From the NCBI RefSeq assembly GCF_006345805.1, contig NC_043007.1, positions 35,526,001 to 35,590,000 on the forward strand: DNA of 64,000 nt. Reading direction: 5' to 3'. Under the pieces are notes generated by a model. It did not search any database. It was not told the origin of the DNA and saw nothing but the letters and a program-made list of their open reading frames with translations. This document shows positions 62,821 through 64,000 of this stretch, piece by piece. Position 1 is the first letter of the stretch, and every line of letters starts with the position of its first letter. A program made the position numbers and the translations under genes. The DNA comes from Octopus sinensis. Taxonomy: Eukaryota.

Positions 62821-64000
62821 AAGTGATAAATATATAAATATTGCATCAAAATTTCACATTAGTTTATGTTCCAAATTTCAAATTAACAATAGGAGTGGCT
62901 GTGTGGTAAGTAGCTTGTTTATGAACCACATGGTTCCAGGTTCAGTCCCACTGCGTGGCACATTGGGCAAGTGTGTTCTACTATAGCCTCGGGCTGACCA
63001 AAGCCTTGTGAGTGGATTTGGTAGATGAAAACTGAAAGAAGCCCATCGTATATATATATTTATATATATTTATATATATATATGCATGTGTGTGTTTATT
63101 TTTTTTTGCATCGTTTGACAACCGATGCTGGTGTGTTTGCATCCCCATAACTTAGCTGTTCAGCAAAAGAGAATGATAGAATAAGTCCTGGGGTCGATTT
63201 GTTCGACTAAAGGTGGTGCTCCACCATGGCCACAGTCAAATGACTGAAACAAGTAAAGATAATGATAATGTTATTTTACTAAATTTTTTATTATTTTTCA
63301 GAATTAATTGAATGAAAGTTAGAGTATTTCAACAGAAATATGGTAATAAAAGAGTTAATGTGTATGAATGGTAAAGAAGTACCAGGAAACCCAAGTGGAA
63401 GGAAACTGCGGAAGAGGAGGTCCCAGAAAGGCAGGGACAGTAGTAGTAAAAGTTGAGCTCAGGATGGTGAATCTGACAATGGACTTGACAGATAGCTTGC
63501 CTGGGTCTTTTATAACACCATAGTGTTGTGAAGGACCCAAACAAGCTATAGTATTGAACAGTGTGGTATTATAAAGGACCCATCTAACCCATGCAAGTAT
63601 AGAAAATTAGATATAACAACTACAATGCCTCTGGTTATGATGGTGATATAATGGAATGGAAGGTTTATGTTACCTGTGGAGTATCTCCTCCCATTATAAT
63701 TATTTTTATAGTTTCAAGGATCTGGAACACAAAGAAGAAGTTCACAAGCGGAGTACAATTTAATAGCCATTTATTTACAGAGTTCTCGTTCATGTGGTTC
63801 GCTCTCAGTGACCATCTTTATAGCAGCGCGTGGTTTGTCTTAACTCTGTACATGTGAGGTTCATTACCTCTGGAGATAAGCATGTGGAGTCAGAGCAGGA
63901 CAAGAGTCCACTATGAGATGATGGCTATGCAGTGTTTCTCGGTGTAAGTGTGAGAAGAAATGAGAGGGTGAATGTCGTTTCTTGCTTAAATACCAGTTGC

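Larger units (their letters stand above)
61780..63530 (+). mobile_element. Decayed RTE 3' region, split by a SINE array, an inverted duplication and a family C SINE (62890-63260)
   Basis: Collinear pieces MLHG..MW, RNE|VSML...ELKDELGTKGIKYSVQ, then VEGNCGRGGPRK. Confidence 0.7.

Noticed and set aside
63780-64000. Possible CR1-like 3' fragment on the minus strand
   Set aside because: The similarity is too weak to support by eye.

Overview
Repeat-saturated, AT-rich eukaryotic non-coding DNA (intronic or intergenic). The SINE families and dense (ACAT)n/(TA)n/(CA)n microsatellites point to an octopus (cephalopod) genome; this is inferred from recalled repeat families, not from a search. No host protein-coding exon, rRNA, genuine tRNA or CRISPR array can be supported, and almost all ORFs in the track are read-throughs of microsatellites or SINEs. 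The window holds roughly 50 tRNA-derived SINE copies from at least four families. It also holds decayed non-LTR retrotransposons (RTE, R4/Dong-like RLE-type, CR1) and DNA transposon relics: three mariners, a DD37D/maT element, a pogo-like MITE, hAT-like pieces, a non-autonomous Helitron and a 1.9-kb Chapaev3-like transposase pseudogene. I did not find a new gene system. The most notable signals are structural: (1) head-to-tail SINE arrays with a fixed junction inside a single target-site duplication (TSD), plus biased 3' junctions; (2) a SINE insertion that carries about 185 bp copied from 0.8 kb upstream; (3) three locally generated inverted duplications (55, 25 and 125 bp arms); (4) an RTE 3' region expanded into a higher-order repeat; and (5) an apparently exact 752-bp tandem duplication. 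Coordinates were counted by hand, and the boundaries of decayed elements are approximate.
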